Source: Nitrosopumilus sp.
GTDB lineage: Archaea; Thermoproteota; Nitrososphaeria; Nitrososphaerales; Nitrosopumilaceae
Assembly (NCBI GenBank): GCA_965218695.1
Contig: OZ244651.1
Coordinates: 864,001-928,000 of the forward strand
Reading direction: 5' to 3'
DNA: 64,000 nucleotides
Positions 1 through 11,174 of this stretch are shown piece by piece. Numbering within the stretch: position 1 is the first letter of the stretch; every line of letters begins with the position of its first letter. Made by a program: the position numbers and the translations under genes. The notes below the pieces were generated by a model, which worked only from the letters and a program-made list of their open reading frames with translations, was not told the origin of the DNA and ran no database searches.

Positions 1-1008
1 AAGCTGCCGCGCAATCTCCACTGTCTGGGCTATCCCGGTGGCCCCAAGCGGATGCCCCGCCCCGATCAGGCCCCCGCGTGGATTAACCATAAAGCTGCCA
101 GTATCATACGCCTCCTGTATCATTTCAAGACCAGCCCCCTTTTCTGCGAGTCCCGTGGATTCCAGTGCCAGGGGTTCGCAGACGGAGAATGCATCATGCA
201 CCTCTGCCACGTCGACATCCCGTATGTCGCAGCCTGCCATCTCCAGGGCATGATGTGCTGCATCCCTTGTCGACTCTAGGGAGTCAAACGAGGAATTCCC
301 TCCGAACCCTGCCGATGTGGTCTTCTGCCCAATCCCCCTTATCCACACCGGCGCATCACAGATTCCCCTCATCGCCTCCTCTGAGGCAAGAAGGACTGAG
401 GCACCGCCGCTGCACGGCCTGGAGCAGTCCAGCATCCTCAGATCGTCAGTCAGCTTCCTGGACGCTGCCACCTCCTCTCGGGTGTATGTCCTTTTGGAGA
501 GTGCCTCCGGATTGCCGCGTGCCTGCCTGTGGTTCTTTACAGGCACCACTGCCAGATCCTCGTCTGATACGGCAAACCGTCTCTTGTATGCCCTGGTAAG
601 GATGCTGCCCCAGAATATCGGATGCTTGAACTCCCCCCTGGAACTGTCCCACTCCAGAACCCGTCCGGGACTGTCATGCCTCTCTGCCCCTGATACCAGA
701 ACCGTCTCTGCCAGACCTGATGCGACATATGCATACCCTGAGACTATCGCGTTGGCGCCCGAGTTGCACAGGTTCTCCACCGAATGGGCGGCTTGGGGCC
801 TGATTCCCATCGCCTCTGCCAGAATGGGGGCAAGGTACTTTGAGTTGCTGTTTGTGGATACCAGGACCGCATCCACATCGCCCCTGTCCATGCCGGGACT
901 ATTCACAAACAGGTCTCCTGCAGACTGCTGCAGCAGCGCCTCAACCTGCATGTTCTCCATGGTAAACGGCGTCATCCCGTACCCTGCGATTCCGACCCTA
1001 CCTGCCAA
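1..1008 (-). CDS. Thiolase family protein (acetyl-CoA acetyltransferase-like), 3' end runs off the window
   Basis: Hand translation (not in ORF track): MAGRVGIAGYGMTPF...ENLCNSG...AEVHDAF...VNPRGGLIGAGHPLGATG, typical thiolase motifs; TTG start overlaps the upstream LLM gene. Confidence 0.88.
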   Translation of the reverse strand, partial: MAGRVGIAGYGMTPFTMENMQVEALLQQSAGDLFVNSPGMDRGDVDAVLVSTNSNSKYLAPILAEAMGIRPQAAHSVENLCNSGANAIVSGYAYVASGLAETVLVSGAERHDSPGRVLEWDSSRGEFKHPIFWGSILTRAYKRRFAVSDEDLAVVPVKNHRQARGNPEALSKRTYTREEVAASRKLTDDLRMLDCSRPCSGGASVLLASEEAMRGICDAPVWIRGIGQKTTSAGFGGNSSFDSLESTRDAAHHALEMAGCDIRDVDVAEVHDAFSVCEPLALESTGLAEKGAGLEMIQEAYDTGSFMVNPRGGLIGAGHPLGATGIAQTVEIARQL

Positions 1009-1963
1009 GAAACGTCTCCACCAGTAGATTAAACGACGCCATGGTATCATCTCCAACCGGATTGAACTGGATTATGGGCAGGTCCATTCCGGTCTCCCTG
1101 AATCTGGCAAGCTGCCTTTTGCACTCCTTGGGGGTCCCACATATGACAAGTTCACTGAGCATGGAGTCCGGTACCAGCCTGTGGTTTGTCTTGAACCCCG
1201 TCCTCTTGAACTCGTCATATATCTCTGCAGTCTCGCGCTCAAACCCGCAGCGTCCAAGAAACTCGCGGTACACCATTCCCACCGAGATGTAAAACGCCAG
1301 GGTTCTTTTTGCCCTGGTAATTGCAGCCTCCGAATCCTCCGAGACGCACGTGATTATCTGGCATGTCACGTCAATCTCCCCCTTTGGGCGCATCTGCCGT
1401 ATGGTATCCCTCATCTCCCCCAGCGGCCTGAGATAGAATATCACCCCGTCTCCAACCTCCCATGCCAAGTTTACCATCCCCTGGTTGACGGCAGCCAGGT
1501 ATATGGGAATCCTTCTCTTGGGACGGACCAGCAGCCCAAAGTTCTTCAGGTGGAATGTCTGCCCCGAGTGGTTTATCTGGTCTCCGGACAGTGCCTTTCT
1601 GATCACCCCGACATACTCCCTCATCCGCTGCAGGGGGCGCCTGAACCTGTATCCGTGAAGATCCTCCACTATAGGCATGCTGCTGGTGCCCAGCCCCAGA
1701 ACCATCCTCTGGCCGGACAGTGCATCTGCAGTGGCAGCCCCCATGGCAATCAGCGCAGGACTTCTTGAGTATATGTTGATTATTGAGGAGCCTATCCTCT
1801 GCGAGGTCGTGACACCGGATACTGCCCCGAGCATTGCAAAGTTCTCCATCCCCCACGTCTCTGGAATCCATATGGTATCTACGTGCGTGCCTGACAGTAT
1901 CCTGGAGCACTCCATCACCTGATCTACTGTCAGCAGGGATCCAAGGCTGCATGAAATCCGCAT
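998..1963 (-). CDS. LLM-class flavin/F420-dependent oxidoreductase
   Basis: 321 aa; IWIPE, GSSIINIYSRSPALIAMGAATAD, LGLGTS, PIYLAA motifs of the luciferase-like family. Confidence 0.88.
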   Translation of the reverse strand: MRISCSLGSLLTVDQVMECSRILSGTHVDTIWIPETWGMENFAMLGAVSGVTTSQRIGSSIINIYSRSPALIAMGAATADALSGQRMVLGLGTSSMPIVEDLHGYRFRRPLQRMREYVGVIRKALSGDQINHSGQTFHLKNFGLLVRPKRRIPIYLAAVNQGMVNLAWEVGDGVIFYLRPLGEMRDTIRQMRPKGEIDVTCQIITCVSEDSEAAITRAKRTLAFYISVGMVYREFLGRCGFERETAEIYDEFKRTGFKTNHRLVPDSMLSELVICGTPKECKRQLARFRETGMDLPIIQFNPVGDDTMASFNLLVETFLGR

Positions 1964-2526
1964 GAATGCTGTACGGACATGCTATATTCTAGTGTATGGG
2001 AATCGCACCCGTATGGACTCAGGTCCAATACAATTCTAGGCACAAATTTGCAATGAATTATTCCTGTGTTTATAAGGGACCTGAGTGCGTACTCGCACCC
2101 AGGAACACGCATCGCCGGACACCAAGACAGGACATCTTGATGCTTTGTCCTTTTTGGACGCCCCTGCAGGATGCCCCCTGGGACAGGATTCTACTCCAAC
2201 CTCCTCTTTGGGGCGGCATGCTAAATGTGCGAATCCGGTTCCCTTGCATCCGATGCTGGCTCTTTGCATGCGCGCGGCCTGATAGTATCTGGTGTCATAC
2301 CCCGAATGTGCAGTTGTTTTAGCAACAGGTAAATTTTGATTGAGGTTGGGTATTATCCTATTCTGAATAGATCAGGGGACATGAGCGAACAGATTGCCGG
2401 TAAAGGTCCACACGGCCACGCGTTCTGGCAGGATGTTGCAGCATACGCATCAAGCACCACTGATGAGGGGTTCGTTGAAGAGATGGCATACATGATAGTC
2501 ACGCTGTACCGGACAGGTGCCTGACG

Positions 2527-3189
2527 CTATACCGTCTTTACTCTTGATGCGCACTCCTCTATATCCTTGAATGAGTCTATCGAGTACCACCAGACGTCCC
2601 TGAACTTTACCGTGCCCAGCCTGCCTCGTCTGGCGTACTCTGGAAAGAGCGTTCTCTCTATGTCCCCGACGTCTGGCAGATCCCCTGCTATGTCCCTTTG
2701 AAGATGGTATATCCCGGCATTCATCCACATGTCATGAATCTGGCCCTTCTCTTTGAATCCTGTTATGGTGCTGCCGTCTGTCTCCAGTATGCCAAACCCT
2801 GTCTTCAACTCGACTGAGGCCACGACGTTGGGCGCTTTGATGATCCTCTCCAGATTGATATCTGTCAGGACATCGCCGTTCATTACCAGAAACGACTCGC
2901 CTGCAACCATGCCTGCTGCCCTCTTGATGGCGCCGCCCGTACCAAGGGGGGACTCTTCCACTGAGAACCTAACATTGATTCCCATGTCCTTGGCGTGCAT
3001 GTGGTTCTCTATCATTTTGGACTTGTATCCAGTGCAGACTATCACGTCTGTTATCCCGTATCCCTTGAGGTATCTCATCTGCCATTCTATGAGAGGGACA
3101 TTCCCTACGGGTACCAATGGCTTTGGGACATAGTCTGTGACGGGCCTGAGCCTCTTGCCGCGTCCCCCTGCCAGTATTATTGCATCCAA
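2527..3189 (-). CDS. Sugar-phosphate nucleotidyltransferase family protein
   Basis: AIILAGGRGKRLRPVTDYVPKPL, PLGTGGAI, NGD and NAGIY motifs. Confidence 0.9.
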   Translation of the reverse strand: MDAIILAGGRGKRLRPVTDYVPKPLVPVGNVPLIEWQMRYLKGYGITDVIVCTGYKSKMIENHMHAKDMGINVRFSVEESPLGTGGAIKRAAGMVAGESFLVMNGDVLTDINLERIIKAPNVVASVELKTGFGILETDGSTITGFKEKGQIHDMWMNAGIYHLQRDIAGDLPDVGDIERTLFPEYARRGRLGTVKFRDVWWYSIDSFKDIEECASRVKTV

Positions 3190-3398
3190 CCAGAAACACT
3201 CTGTTCCCAGGCTATATCAAAATTTCAGATCATGGCAGGATGCATGGCGTGATGCCGAATCCTGCAGTAATCACTGCTCTGTCAGGTAGTAGTGCAGCTC
3301 CGTATAGCACTCTACACAATAGTCCTCAAAGTCGGTATGATCGCAGTCATAGACCTTTGCCACGTCTGCACTGCACTTGGCACACGTGGGCATGTGCC

Positions 3399-3803
3399 TC
3401 AGCCTGCGGCGCGGGATCTTCTTATCTTTATCCCGCCCAGTGCCATGATTATGGCACCAACTGCAATCAGTGCGCCGCCCTCACCTGCAGCCCTTGCCGT
3501 ATTCCCGTCTTCCCCGGCAGCTGCTACGAAGATTCCGCCTCCGATTACAATCAGGACTCCAGTTATTATCAGCATGATGCCAAGTCCCGTAAACGGCGGC
3601 CTCTTGGCGATAAAGAATGCAACAAACGACAGGACTATCGGGGGGAGTCCGAACCCTATCCCGCGGGTCATTCCGTCAAATGGCAGGAATCCGTCTCCTC
3701 CTCCGCCTCCGCCTACTATGACGTCGGCACCATACACCACCAGCAACGCAATTGATATTCCGGACAGCACAATCGGGGCAGATACCATGTCTAAAATCTT
3801 CAC
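3399..3803 (-). CDS. Hypothetical membrane protein (about 4 TM helices)
   Basis: 134 aa with four hydrophobic segments and a poly-Gly loop. Confidence 0.7.
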   Translation of the reverse strand: MKILDMVSAPIVLSGISIALLVVYGADVIVGGGGGGDGFLPFDGMTRGIGFGLPPIVLSFVAFFIAKRPPFTGLGIMLIITGVLIVIGGGIFVAAAGEDGNTARAAGEGGALIAVGAIIMALGGIKIRRSRAAG

Positions 3804-3832
3804 TATGAATTAATAAACGTACTATGGCGGCG

Positions 3833-5195
3833 AACTTTGTTTCCTAATTATGAACCAGAGACACCCGTCTGTACAATACTGCCTATGTCATCGTCCTGCA
3901 TCCCCTCCATTTCCTGCCGTCCTTGATTCGGGTCTGTAGACTTGTACGATCCTTGGCGTGCCGTACCCGTTGTCAATGGCAGTATCGATCATCTGGTTGT
4001 ACAGCTGCACCTTTCCGTATATCTCGGCCTTGACGTTCTCCCATTTTCGGGCGCTTATGCACTCGCCCAACACCCGCTTGAACGTGGAGAATGTAATCTC
4101 GGCTGACCACCGCTGGTTGTACCCGGACTCCTCGCGCCACGCCTTCTGGAATTCCCTTTTCTGTTCACGCGAAAGGCCGGCAAACTCGCGCTCGGCCGTC
4201 TTGTCAATGTGGTCCATCCCCCCAAGCTGTTCGAATCCGGCCTTCTTGCGGGGCATGCACCCTTTTGCCTTTCCGGCAAAGTTTATGCGGACTGGAATCA
4301 GCGGGGAGATGCCGCGATCGTCACAGTACCTGTGGATCTTCCTGGCGTCGTACGCGCCGTCGGCTGCCACCCTGGTGCCTGCAGACGTGTCTGCGCTTGG
4401 TGATTTTTCTGCGTTTGCAAAGGCCTGCTCCACCAGTTCCTCAAACTGCGGAGAGTCCCCGCACCTGTCGTCAGTGATTGCCACGGCGTAGATCTTTTTG
4501 GTCTTGGCGTCCACGCCGACGTGCATCTTTATGAACCCGCGCCGGGTCCCCCACTTTGCCGTCATCCAGTCGCCGCGGTTTGTGGGCTTGAGCCCCGTGG
4601 AGTCAAATGCAAACAGGCTGATCTCTGTTCTGGCGCCGCCGTCTGAAAACCACACCGAAGTCGTGTTGCCGGCACCCTTCTCGTCAAAGGTGCAGCCAAG
4701 CTTGGCAATCCTCTTCTGGAATGCCGAGTACGTGGGTGAGTTTTCCTTGCCAACCACGGTCTCTGCCAGGCCCTGGAGCTGCCTGTACCTGATGCCGGTG
4801 GCATTCCTGAACAGGAACGCTGCTGCAAAGCACGCGTTTGAGAACACGTACGGGTGGCCGACCTTTCCGCTGTTTAGCTTCTCCACGTCCCGCGTCAGGA
4901 TCTCCTGGTTTATCTGGAGGGACCACAGCTGACCGCGGTCTATGTACCTGCGGTCATCGTACCGGAACCTGCGCCCTTCTGATTTGAAAGATTTTTTAGC
5001 GTCATGCGTGCCCGTCTTGTCTGGAGATGGCGTGTTTTCAGTCATGGTTGTTGGCCTGACTGTCTGCACGCCTCTCTGATCAATACAGTTTTCTATTGAA
5101 AGTGTTTGACACGGTATTCAAATTCGTCTGGGCTGACTGACTGACATGACTCTGGAAGAGTTAGGCGTGGTTGAAGATAATTAGGAAACAAAGTT
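3833..5195 (-). mobile_element. IS5-family (IS903-like) insertion sequence, copy 1, 1363 bp
   Basis: Perfect 19-bp TIR AACTTTGTTTCCTAATTAT; 9-bp TSD ATGGCGGCG (3824-3832 / 5196-5204). Confidence 0.93.
3888..5069 (-). CDS. IS5-family DDE transposase
   Basis: FDSTG, KMHVGVD, ADGAYD and YNQRWSAEITFSTFKR motifs. Confidence 0.93.
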   Translation of the reverse strand: MQTVRPTTMTENTPSPDKTGTHDAKKSFKSEGRRFRYDDRRYIDRGQLWSLQINQEILTRDVEKLNSGKVGHPYVFSNACFAAAFLFRNATGIRYRQLQGLAETVVGKENSPTYSAFQKRIAKLGCTFDEKGAGNTTSVWFSDGGARTEISLFAFDSTGLKPTNRGDWMTAKWGTRRGFIKMHVGVDAKTKKIYAVAITDDRCGDSPQFEELVEQAFANAEKSPSADTSAGTRVAADGAYDARKIHRYCDDRGISPLIPVRINFAGKAKGCMPRKKAGFEQLGGMDHIDKTAEREFAGLSREQKREFQKAWREESGYNQRWSAEITFSTFKRVLGECISARKWENVKAEIYGKVQLYNQMIDTAIDNGYGTPRIVQVYRPESRTAGNGGDAGR

Positions 5196-5289
5196 ATGGC
5201 GGCGTGGTGGTGGCGGGGCTGCCTTCCATGCTTCCGGCTTCAGACATGCGCGCGGCCCCCGTTTCCCTGATTCAACGGAACAGGCAAGA

Positions 5290-6435
5290 TCATACGGCAG
5301 GCATGGTTGCAAGATCCTTTTTGAGTGCAGGTAACCTCTCGAGTAGCTGGTCTATGGTCTCCCCGTTCTGTGCAACCAGGTTGACATGACCAAGCTTTCG
5401 CATGGACCTTGAGATCTCCTTGCCGTACATCTTCAGGTACGCGCCGGGTTCTGAGATCGAGATGGGACGGTATCTGCCCTCAAAGGAGGATGATCCCAGA
5501 ATGTTGTACATTACGGTGGGGTGGACAAGTCCCGTATCGCCAAGTTCGAGGCCAAGGATTGCCCGCAGGTGCTGCTCAAACTGCGAGGTGTGGCTTGACT
5601 GGAGCGTGTGATGGCCAGAGTTGTGCACCCTGGGGGCAATCTCGTTGATTATGATCTGGTCGTCCTGCGTGAGAAACATCTCTATCCCAAACACCCCTGC
5701 CCCCTTGAGGACGGCCATCGTATCTGCTGCAATCTTTTCGGCCCTTTCTGCAACATGTCCTGAGACCCTGGCAGGCGCTATCGTCTCCTGCAGTATGTTG
5801 TGTTGGTGTATGTTCTCAACTAGAGGATACGTCTTAATCTGTCCCTTGGTGCTCCTTGATGCAATCACTGACACCTCCATCTTGAACGGCACAAACCTCT
5901 CCAGCATAAGGCCGCTTCCCCCAAGATGCCTGAATGCCTCCTGCACCTCATCCTCTGAGTCAATCTTAAAGTTTCCACGGCCGTCATACGCATCCCTTCT
6001 TGCCTTGAGCAGTGCGGGATACCCAAAATCCTTCAGGCGGTCCCTGAGATCGTCAAGTCCGTCTACCCTGACAAACTCCGGAACCTGGATGCCGTGCTCT
6101 GCCAGAAATGACTTTTGCAGCAGCTTGTCCTGGATTATCCTCAGTGTGTCCGGTGACGGATTTATCTCCACATCCCCCTCTACTGATTTGAGTACGTCGC
6201 TGTCCCCTGACTCTATCTCGTATGTGATCACGTCGGCCCTCTGTGCCAGAGTGACAATTGCATTCCTGTCCTTAAAGTCTGCGACAATCTGTTCTGCGCC
6301 TGCCTGGGATGCCGGACAGCCCCTTGTGGGATCAAGCACTACCACCCCTGATATGTGCTCTGGCATTCTTCCGGCAGCCTCCGTAATCATCATTCCAAGC
6401 TGACCGCCGCCAATAATGCCAAGGACCCTTCCCAT
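5290..6435 (-). CDS. purK: N5-carboxyaminoimidazole ribonucleotide synthase
   Basis: LGIIGGGQLG, AYDGRGN, NEIAPRVHNSGH, SQFEQHLRA, RKLGHV; start placed at MGRVLG; divergent from purE. Confidence 0.95.
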   Translation of the reverse strand: MGRVLGIIGGGQLGMMITEAAGRMPEHISGVVVLDPTRGCPASQAGAEQIVADFKDRNAIVTLAQRADVITYEIESGDSDVLKSVEGDVEINPSPDTLRIIQDKLLQKSFLAEHGIQVPEFVRVDGLDDLRDRLKDFGYPALLKARRDAYDGRGNFKIDSEDEVQEAFRHLGGSGLMLERFVPFKMEVSVIASRSTKGQIKTYPLVENIHQHNILQETIAPARVSGHVAERAEKIAADTMAVLKGAGVFGIEMFLTQDDQIIINEIAPRVHNSGHHTLQSSHTSQFEQHLRAILGLELGDTGLVHPTVMYNILGSSSFEGRYRPISISEPGAYLKMYGKEISRSMRKLGHVNLVAQNGETIDQLLERLPALKKDLATMPAV

Positions 6436-6675
6436 CACTACTCCGGATGTCATACGGCTAAAAATAGATACTGCATGCTCTAGAATACCTGAAAACCCCC
6501 GGGGCCATCTTTGATGGAGGCCGTACCGCAGCATGCCACACTCTTGAAGTTCTGGCATGGTGCGCCTGCACGCACGCTCACCCCTCACATCCTGCATCAT
6601 TCATCCCGAATGCAAAACATGCCAGGACAGCGTGTGGTGGACAGTCATTAAATACCATCTGCTTGTTGTAGTATC

Positions 6676-7251
6676 ATGGGATACTCTGACAAGCCCTTGA
6701 TAGGAATCATCATGGGATCAAGCTCTGACAGCAGAATCATGAAGGGGGCAGCCGAGATTCTGGACACATTCGGGATAAGACACGAGGATCAGATCATATC
6801 TGCACACCGAACCCCCTCTAGGCTGTCCGAGTATGCAAGGCATGCCGAGGAGGCTGGACTCCGGGCGATAATTGCCGGTGCCGGGGGTGCCGCACACCTG
6901 CCCGGGATGATAGCATCGCACACAATCATACCCGTCATCGGAGTTCCAATACTTGTCTATAACGACAAGACTCCGGGAAAACCAAACTCCGGATTCTCTG
7001 CGTTTGGAGGGCTGGACTCGCTGCTGTCCATCACCGAGATGCCCTCTGGATCCCCCGTTGTGTCAGTCGGCATCAACAAGGCAGGCAATGCCGGGATATA
7101 CGCTGCAAAGATCCTTGCAAACGAGTTTCCTGCACTGCAGGATGCAATAAGGCAGCACAAGTCTGCCCAGTATGATTCCGTGGTACGCCAGTCCGAGCAG
7201 CTAAGAAGCGACGGCCTGTCCGAGTTTGCAGACCGGCTCCAGTCTAGCTGA
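6676..7251 (+). CDS. purE: N5-carboxyaminoimidazole ribonucleotide mutase
   Basis: IIMGSSSD, SAHRTP, AGAGGAAHLPGMIAS, GLDSLLS motifs. Confidence 0.97.
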   Translation: MGYSDKPLIGIIMGSSSDSRIMKGAAEILDTFGIRHEDQIISAHRTPSRLSEYARHAEEAGLRAIIAGAGGAAHLPGMIASHTIIPVIGVPILVYNDKTPGKPNSGFSAFGGLDSLLSITEMPSGSPVVSVGINKAGNAGIYAAKILANEFPALQDAIRQHKSAQYDSVVRQSEQLRSDGLSEFADRLQSS

Positions 7252-8452
7252 GTATGGTAAACTGGGTCTTCCTCTCTTGCAGTCTCTTAATCAATGCGTC
7301 TGTCTGCTCCCTTCCCTGCGTCTCAAGACTCAGGATCACTCCTGCAGAGCCCACTTTGATGCCTGAGCTTAGCCTGTCATGAACAACCTCCACGATATTT
7401 GCATTTGCCATGGTTATCTCATCGACTATCTCCTTGAGTGCGCCTGGCCTGTCCGGGAGAATTATGGATATCTTGAGAAGCCGATCCATAGCGGCAAGCC
7501 CCTTGTCGACTATCTGCCCTAGAAGGTACATGTCCACGTTGCCTCCTCCCATCACGACCACCACCTTCTTTCCAGATGCGGGCTTGTTTGCAATGAGGTA
7601 TGCCAGGCTTGCAGCTCCTGCAGGCTCTACTACAAACTTTGCCCTCTCCATGAGAAGAAACATGGTGTTTGTAATGTCCGCGTCATCGACAAGAACCATC
7701 TCATCTACAAGCTCGTTGATCACCGAGAACGTTAGCTGCCCGGGAATCTTGACTGATATGCCGTCTGCAATCGTTTTTGAGCTTGGGCTGGAAGTCAGGA
7801 ATCCATTCTTTACTGATTCGTACATTGATGGAAATGCGCTTGTCTGTACCCCGATAATCCTGACCTTTGGGTTCTTCTCCTTTACTGCTATCAGCACGCC
7901 TGCTGCAAGCCCACCGCCTCCCACGGGAAGATAAATCTCATCCACGTCTGGCAGGTCCTCCAGTATCTCAAGGCCTATGACCCCCTGGCCTGCAATTATC
8001 TGGGGATCATCAAAGGCATGAATCATGACAGCGCCACTCTCCTTGGAGATGTTCTCTGCTATTGCAAATGATTCCTCGTAGTTTACCCCCTCCAGAATCA
8101 CGCTTGCCCCGTACGACTTTGTGGCTGCCACCTTTGCCGGGGATGCGTTCTTTGGCATTACAATGGTGCACGGAATGCCTTCAAGGGACGAGGCAAAGGC
8201 CACGCCCTGTGCATGATTTCCTGCAGATGCTGCAACCACACCGCGTCTCTTCTCTGCATCCGGCATCGTTCTTATCTTGTAGTATGCCCCGCGAATCTTA
8301 AACGAGCCTGTCTTTTGATGGAATTCTGGCTTTAGATATACATCGGACTGTACCATGCTGCTCAGTGTCGACGAGCGGATAAGCGGCGTTCTCTTTATCG
8401 CACTGCCTCTCATGGAGTATGCCCGTACTATCTCATCGTATGACGGTTTCAC
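7244..8452 (-). CDS. ilvA: Threonine ammonia-lyase with C-terminal ACT domain
   Basis: TGSFKIRGA PLP lysine motif, ASAGNHAQG, PVGGGGL, ACT motif LPDRPGAL. Confidence 0.92.
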   Translation of the reverse strand: MKPSYDEIVRAYSMRGSAIKRTPLIRSSTLSSMVQSDVYLKPEFHQKTGSFKIRGAYYKIRTMPDAEKRRGVVAASAGNHAQGVAFASSLEGIPCTIVMPKNASPAKVAATKSYGASVILEGVNYEESFAIAENISKESGAVMIHAFDDPQIIAGQGVIGLEILEDLPDVDEIYLPVGGGGLAAGVLIAVKEKNPKVRIIGVQTSAFPSMYESVKNGFLTSSPSSKTIADGISVKIPGQLTFSVINELVDEMVLVDDADITNTMFLLMERAKFVVEPAGAASLAYLIANKPASGKKVVVVMGGGNVDMYLLGQIVDKGLAAMDRLLKISIILPDRPGALKEIVDEITMANANIVEVVHDRLSSGIKVGSAGVILSLETQGREQTDALIKRLQERKTQFTILS

Positions 8453-8558
8453 AAATGATGTTATCTTGCAGGTTATTTATTTGAGTTCATGCTTGGTCCC
8501 GGCCGCCGGCACATGCTGTGATGATGGCGACGGCGACCATCCCGTGCAGTCTGGCAGG

Positions 8559-9398
8559 TCACGCCCCTATGGCGCCTGCAAGCTCATCCAGGCGTTCTGT
8601 AATGGCATGCTTTACGGCGTCTGGAATCTTTCTTGGATCAAAGAGTCCCTCCCTGTTCCTGTTCTTGACAAACTCCAGATCAATCATGCACAGGCACCCC
8701 TCCTCGCCTGTCACCAGCCTTGTATCGTCGATTAATACCGGGGTAGTCTGGTATGTCTCGACAAGCAGTGAATCCAGCTCCTCAAAGAGCATGGACTTTC
8801 TGTCCGTAACCTCCTTTAGTTCCGCATCCGTGCTGTGCTCGATCTCGGCATAGACCTTCTCGCGCAGCTCGTCATTTTCATACAACACCTCAAAGAGCCC
8901 CTGGTGATCAAAGTCCTTGCATCCCATCTCCCTTAACTTGTTCAGGACGAGCTGGTCGCTGCTGTCTGAGATCTGCTGCTCCCTGTTCTTTGTCAGATCT
9001 ACTATGCCGGCAAGCTCCTTCTGGCAATCAAGCACACGCTGGACCGGCTTGTAGTATAGCAATACATGGAACTGTATTGACAGGTGCAGTGACATGAGGT
9101 AGTTTCCCACCATCACCCCCGATTTTGTAAAGATTCTACGAATGTCCTCGTTGTTTGATACTGAGACGTCCTGCACGGACCACTCGGCAAGGCAGGCATT
9201 GACTCCCTTGAAGTAGTCTGCCACCTGCTTTGGTTCAAACGTGTTCTGCCTGACTATGGTCGAATCTCCCATCATTACAGTAGTCTCTGACATCCTTGTC
9301 AGATCCGTCATCGTGTCCAGGAACCTCTTCTGAATGAGGTCATTCCTCTGGTTTAGTCCCAGAATGAACTCGTTGGGTGTGCGGTTTCCAAGCCTCAT
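8559..9398 (-). CDS. Hypothetical protein
   Basis: 279-aa ORF with normal composition and an upstream TATA-like element; no motif recognised. Confidence 0.75.
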   Translation of the reverse strand: MRLGNRTPNEFILGLNQRNDLIQKRFLDTMTDLTRMSETTVMMGDSTIVRQNTFEPKQVADYFKGVNACLAEWSVQDVSVSNNEDIRRIFTKSGVMVGNYLMSLHLSIQFHVLLYYKPVQRVLDCQKELAGIVDLTKNREQQISDSSDQLVLNKLREMGCKDFDHQGLFEVLYENDELREKVYAEIEHSTDAELKEVTDRKSMLFEELDSLLVETYQTTPVLIDDTRLVTGEEGCLCMIDLEFVKNRNREGLFDPRKIPDAVKHAITERLDELAGAIGA

Positions 9399-9575
9399 AA
9401 ATTCTGCTGCATGCTACCTTCCTTAAACCTTCATTAATATCTAAATAGTGCGCCGACAAGCATGAGCATGGATGAGTACACTGCATGCCCGAATCCCACC
9501 TGGATGATTGCTGCCTGTCATGATATATGGAACAGGTCTCTGCATCTCATGACGGATTCCTCATAGGGGTAGAAG

Positions 9576-10385
9576 ATGAGCAGTAAAGACAGGTCCAAAA
9601 AAACAGAAGAGTCAGGCACCAAAAAACAGGGCACCAATGTAGTGGACATGCTTCTGGGCAAGAGCCGGGCAAGAACACTTGACTCTGCCACCATGATTAT
9701 GGAGACGCAAAAGCGTGTCTGGGCGGCACTCAAAAAGGGCTACGAGTACACTGCAGTGGTTGACGAGTCCGAAGACTTTCTGCGGCAAAACGTACTTGCA
9801 AAGCTGGACATGGTGGTATTGTACGTGGACCTTGTAGGTTCTACCAACATGGCACTGGAGATGCCTGCTGAAAAGATTGCAATCATAGTCAGTTCGTTCT
9901 CCCAGGAGATGGCATCTGTCATCAGGCAGCATCATGGATACGTCCTGAAGTTTGTCGGCGATGCCGTCATTGGATACTTTGTCTCCGGGCAGAGCGGATT
10001 GCTGGCAAACGACTACGCGACAAACTGCGCAAAATCCATGATATCCGTAATACGTGACGGGATCAACCCCGTCCTGGACCAGTATGACTATCCGGAATTG
10101 CAGGCCAAGATTGGTGTAGATTTTGGCCAGAACATCGTGGTTCGATACGGCTCCGATCCAAAGCACTCCCATGTGGATCTGATGGGACCTGCCATGAACA
10201 TCGCAGCCAAGATTCAAGGCATGGCACACCCCAACCAGATCCTCATCGGCAACGATGTCTACGAAAGACTGCACCCCACACTCCAGAATCAGTTTGAACG
10301 GATTGTCTGGAGGAATGACGAGTGGAAGTACCGTTCCAGATTGACCGGCGATATCTACCAGGTCTACGGGTTCAAACCACAATAG
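9576..10385 (+). CDS. Class III adenylate/guanylate cyclase domain protein
   Basis: VLYVDLVGST, VLKFVGDAV, KIGVDFG, DLMGPAMNIAAKIQ catalytic motifs. Confidence 0.92.
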   Translation: MSSKDRSKKTEESGTKKQGTNVVDMLLGKSRARTLDSATMIMETQKRVWAALKKGYEYTAVVDESEDFLRQNVLAKLDMVVLYVDLVGSTNMALEMPAEKIAIIVSSFSQEMASVIRQHHGYVLKFVGDAVIGYFVSGQSGLLANDYATNCAKSMISVIRDGINPVLDQYDYPELQAKIGVDFGQNIVVRYGSDPKHSHVDLMGPAMNIAAKIQGMAHPNQILIGNDVYERLHPTLQNQFERIVWRNDEWKYRSRLTGDIYQVYGFKPQ

Positions 10386-10590
10386 TACGCAGGACCTTCC
10401 CGCCAACCGTGCAGAGTCTTCCTTCTAACATGCTTGTGCCAGTGTGATCTTCTCGAATGGTTCATCTGCCATGGGGGCATGTGCAGAGGCAAAACGGCGT
10501 TCATGGAATGTTGCGGTGAGCCATTGGTGCGTAGACTGATTACCGTATGGTTCTGGCGTGTTGCAGGGGATCTGCTTTTGCGCGTGACTG

Positions 10591-10986
10591 TCAGTAGAGG
10601 ATGTTGGAACCGGAACCGTCTGCTGCAGATTCCTTTTTGAGCATCTTCTTCAACCTTGCGTTCTCCTTTTGCAGCTTGTCGTTTTCAGTCTGGAGCATCT
10701 CAACTGAATTTTTTCTGCTGTATAACGGATGACCGGGAGGAACTATTGAGGAGTTCATGGTAAACAGGCCTGCTGCGTGTTGCTGAAACATATGATGAAA
10801 CTGATAAAGATTGTGACTGATGGATGCTGCATTCCGGGTGAACTGTTCCTTGGTTGGATCCCCGTGCGTCCCAAACATGGGTCTGCCGGCCATCGGAGGA
10901 AGTCTTGGAAACTGCAGAGCTATGTGGGGAATGTCCGGATTCAATCCATATAGGTTCCTCAGGTGACCATCTACATGATTATCCAA
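10591..10986 (-). CDS. Hypothetical protein with C-terminal coiled coil
   Basis: 131 aa ending in LQTENDKLQKENARLKKML. Confidence 0.55.
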   Translation of the reverse strand: MDNHVDGHLRNLYGLNPDIPHIALQFPRLPPMAGRPMFGTHGDPTKEQFTRNAASISHNLYQFHHMFQQHAAGLFTMNSSIVPPGHPLYSRKNSVEMLQTENDKLQKENARLKKMLKKESAADGSGSNILY

Positions 10987-11174
10987 CGGTTCTCTTCAGG
11001 CATCTGCCTTATTTGTGCCTTGCCTTGCCAACAGTCGGCATACCGGTTCTCGGGTCCGTGTCCACAAGTCGGCGGCAAGGAATAAGATGGTGCATGGTGT
11101 CAAGAGGCATATCATTTTTGGAATCTGGCAACGCCGAAGCAGTGGAAAAACCTTATTAATTTCTCATAGAACTC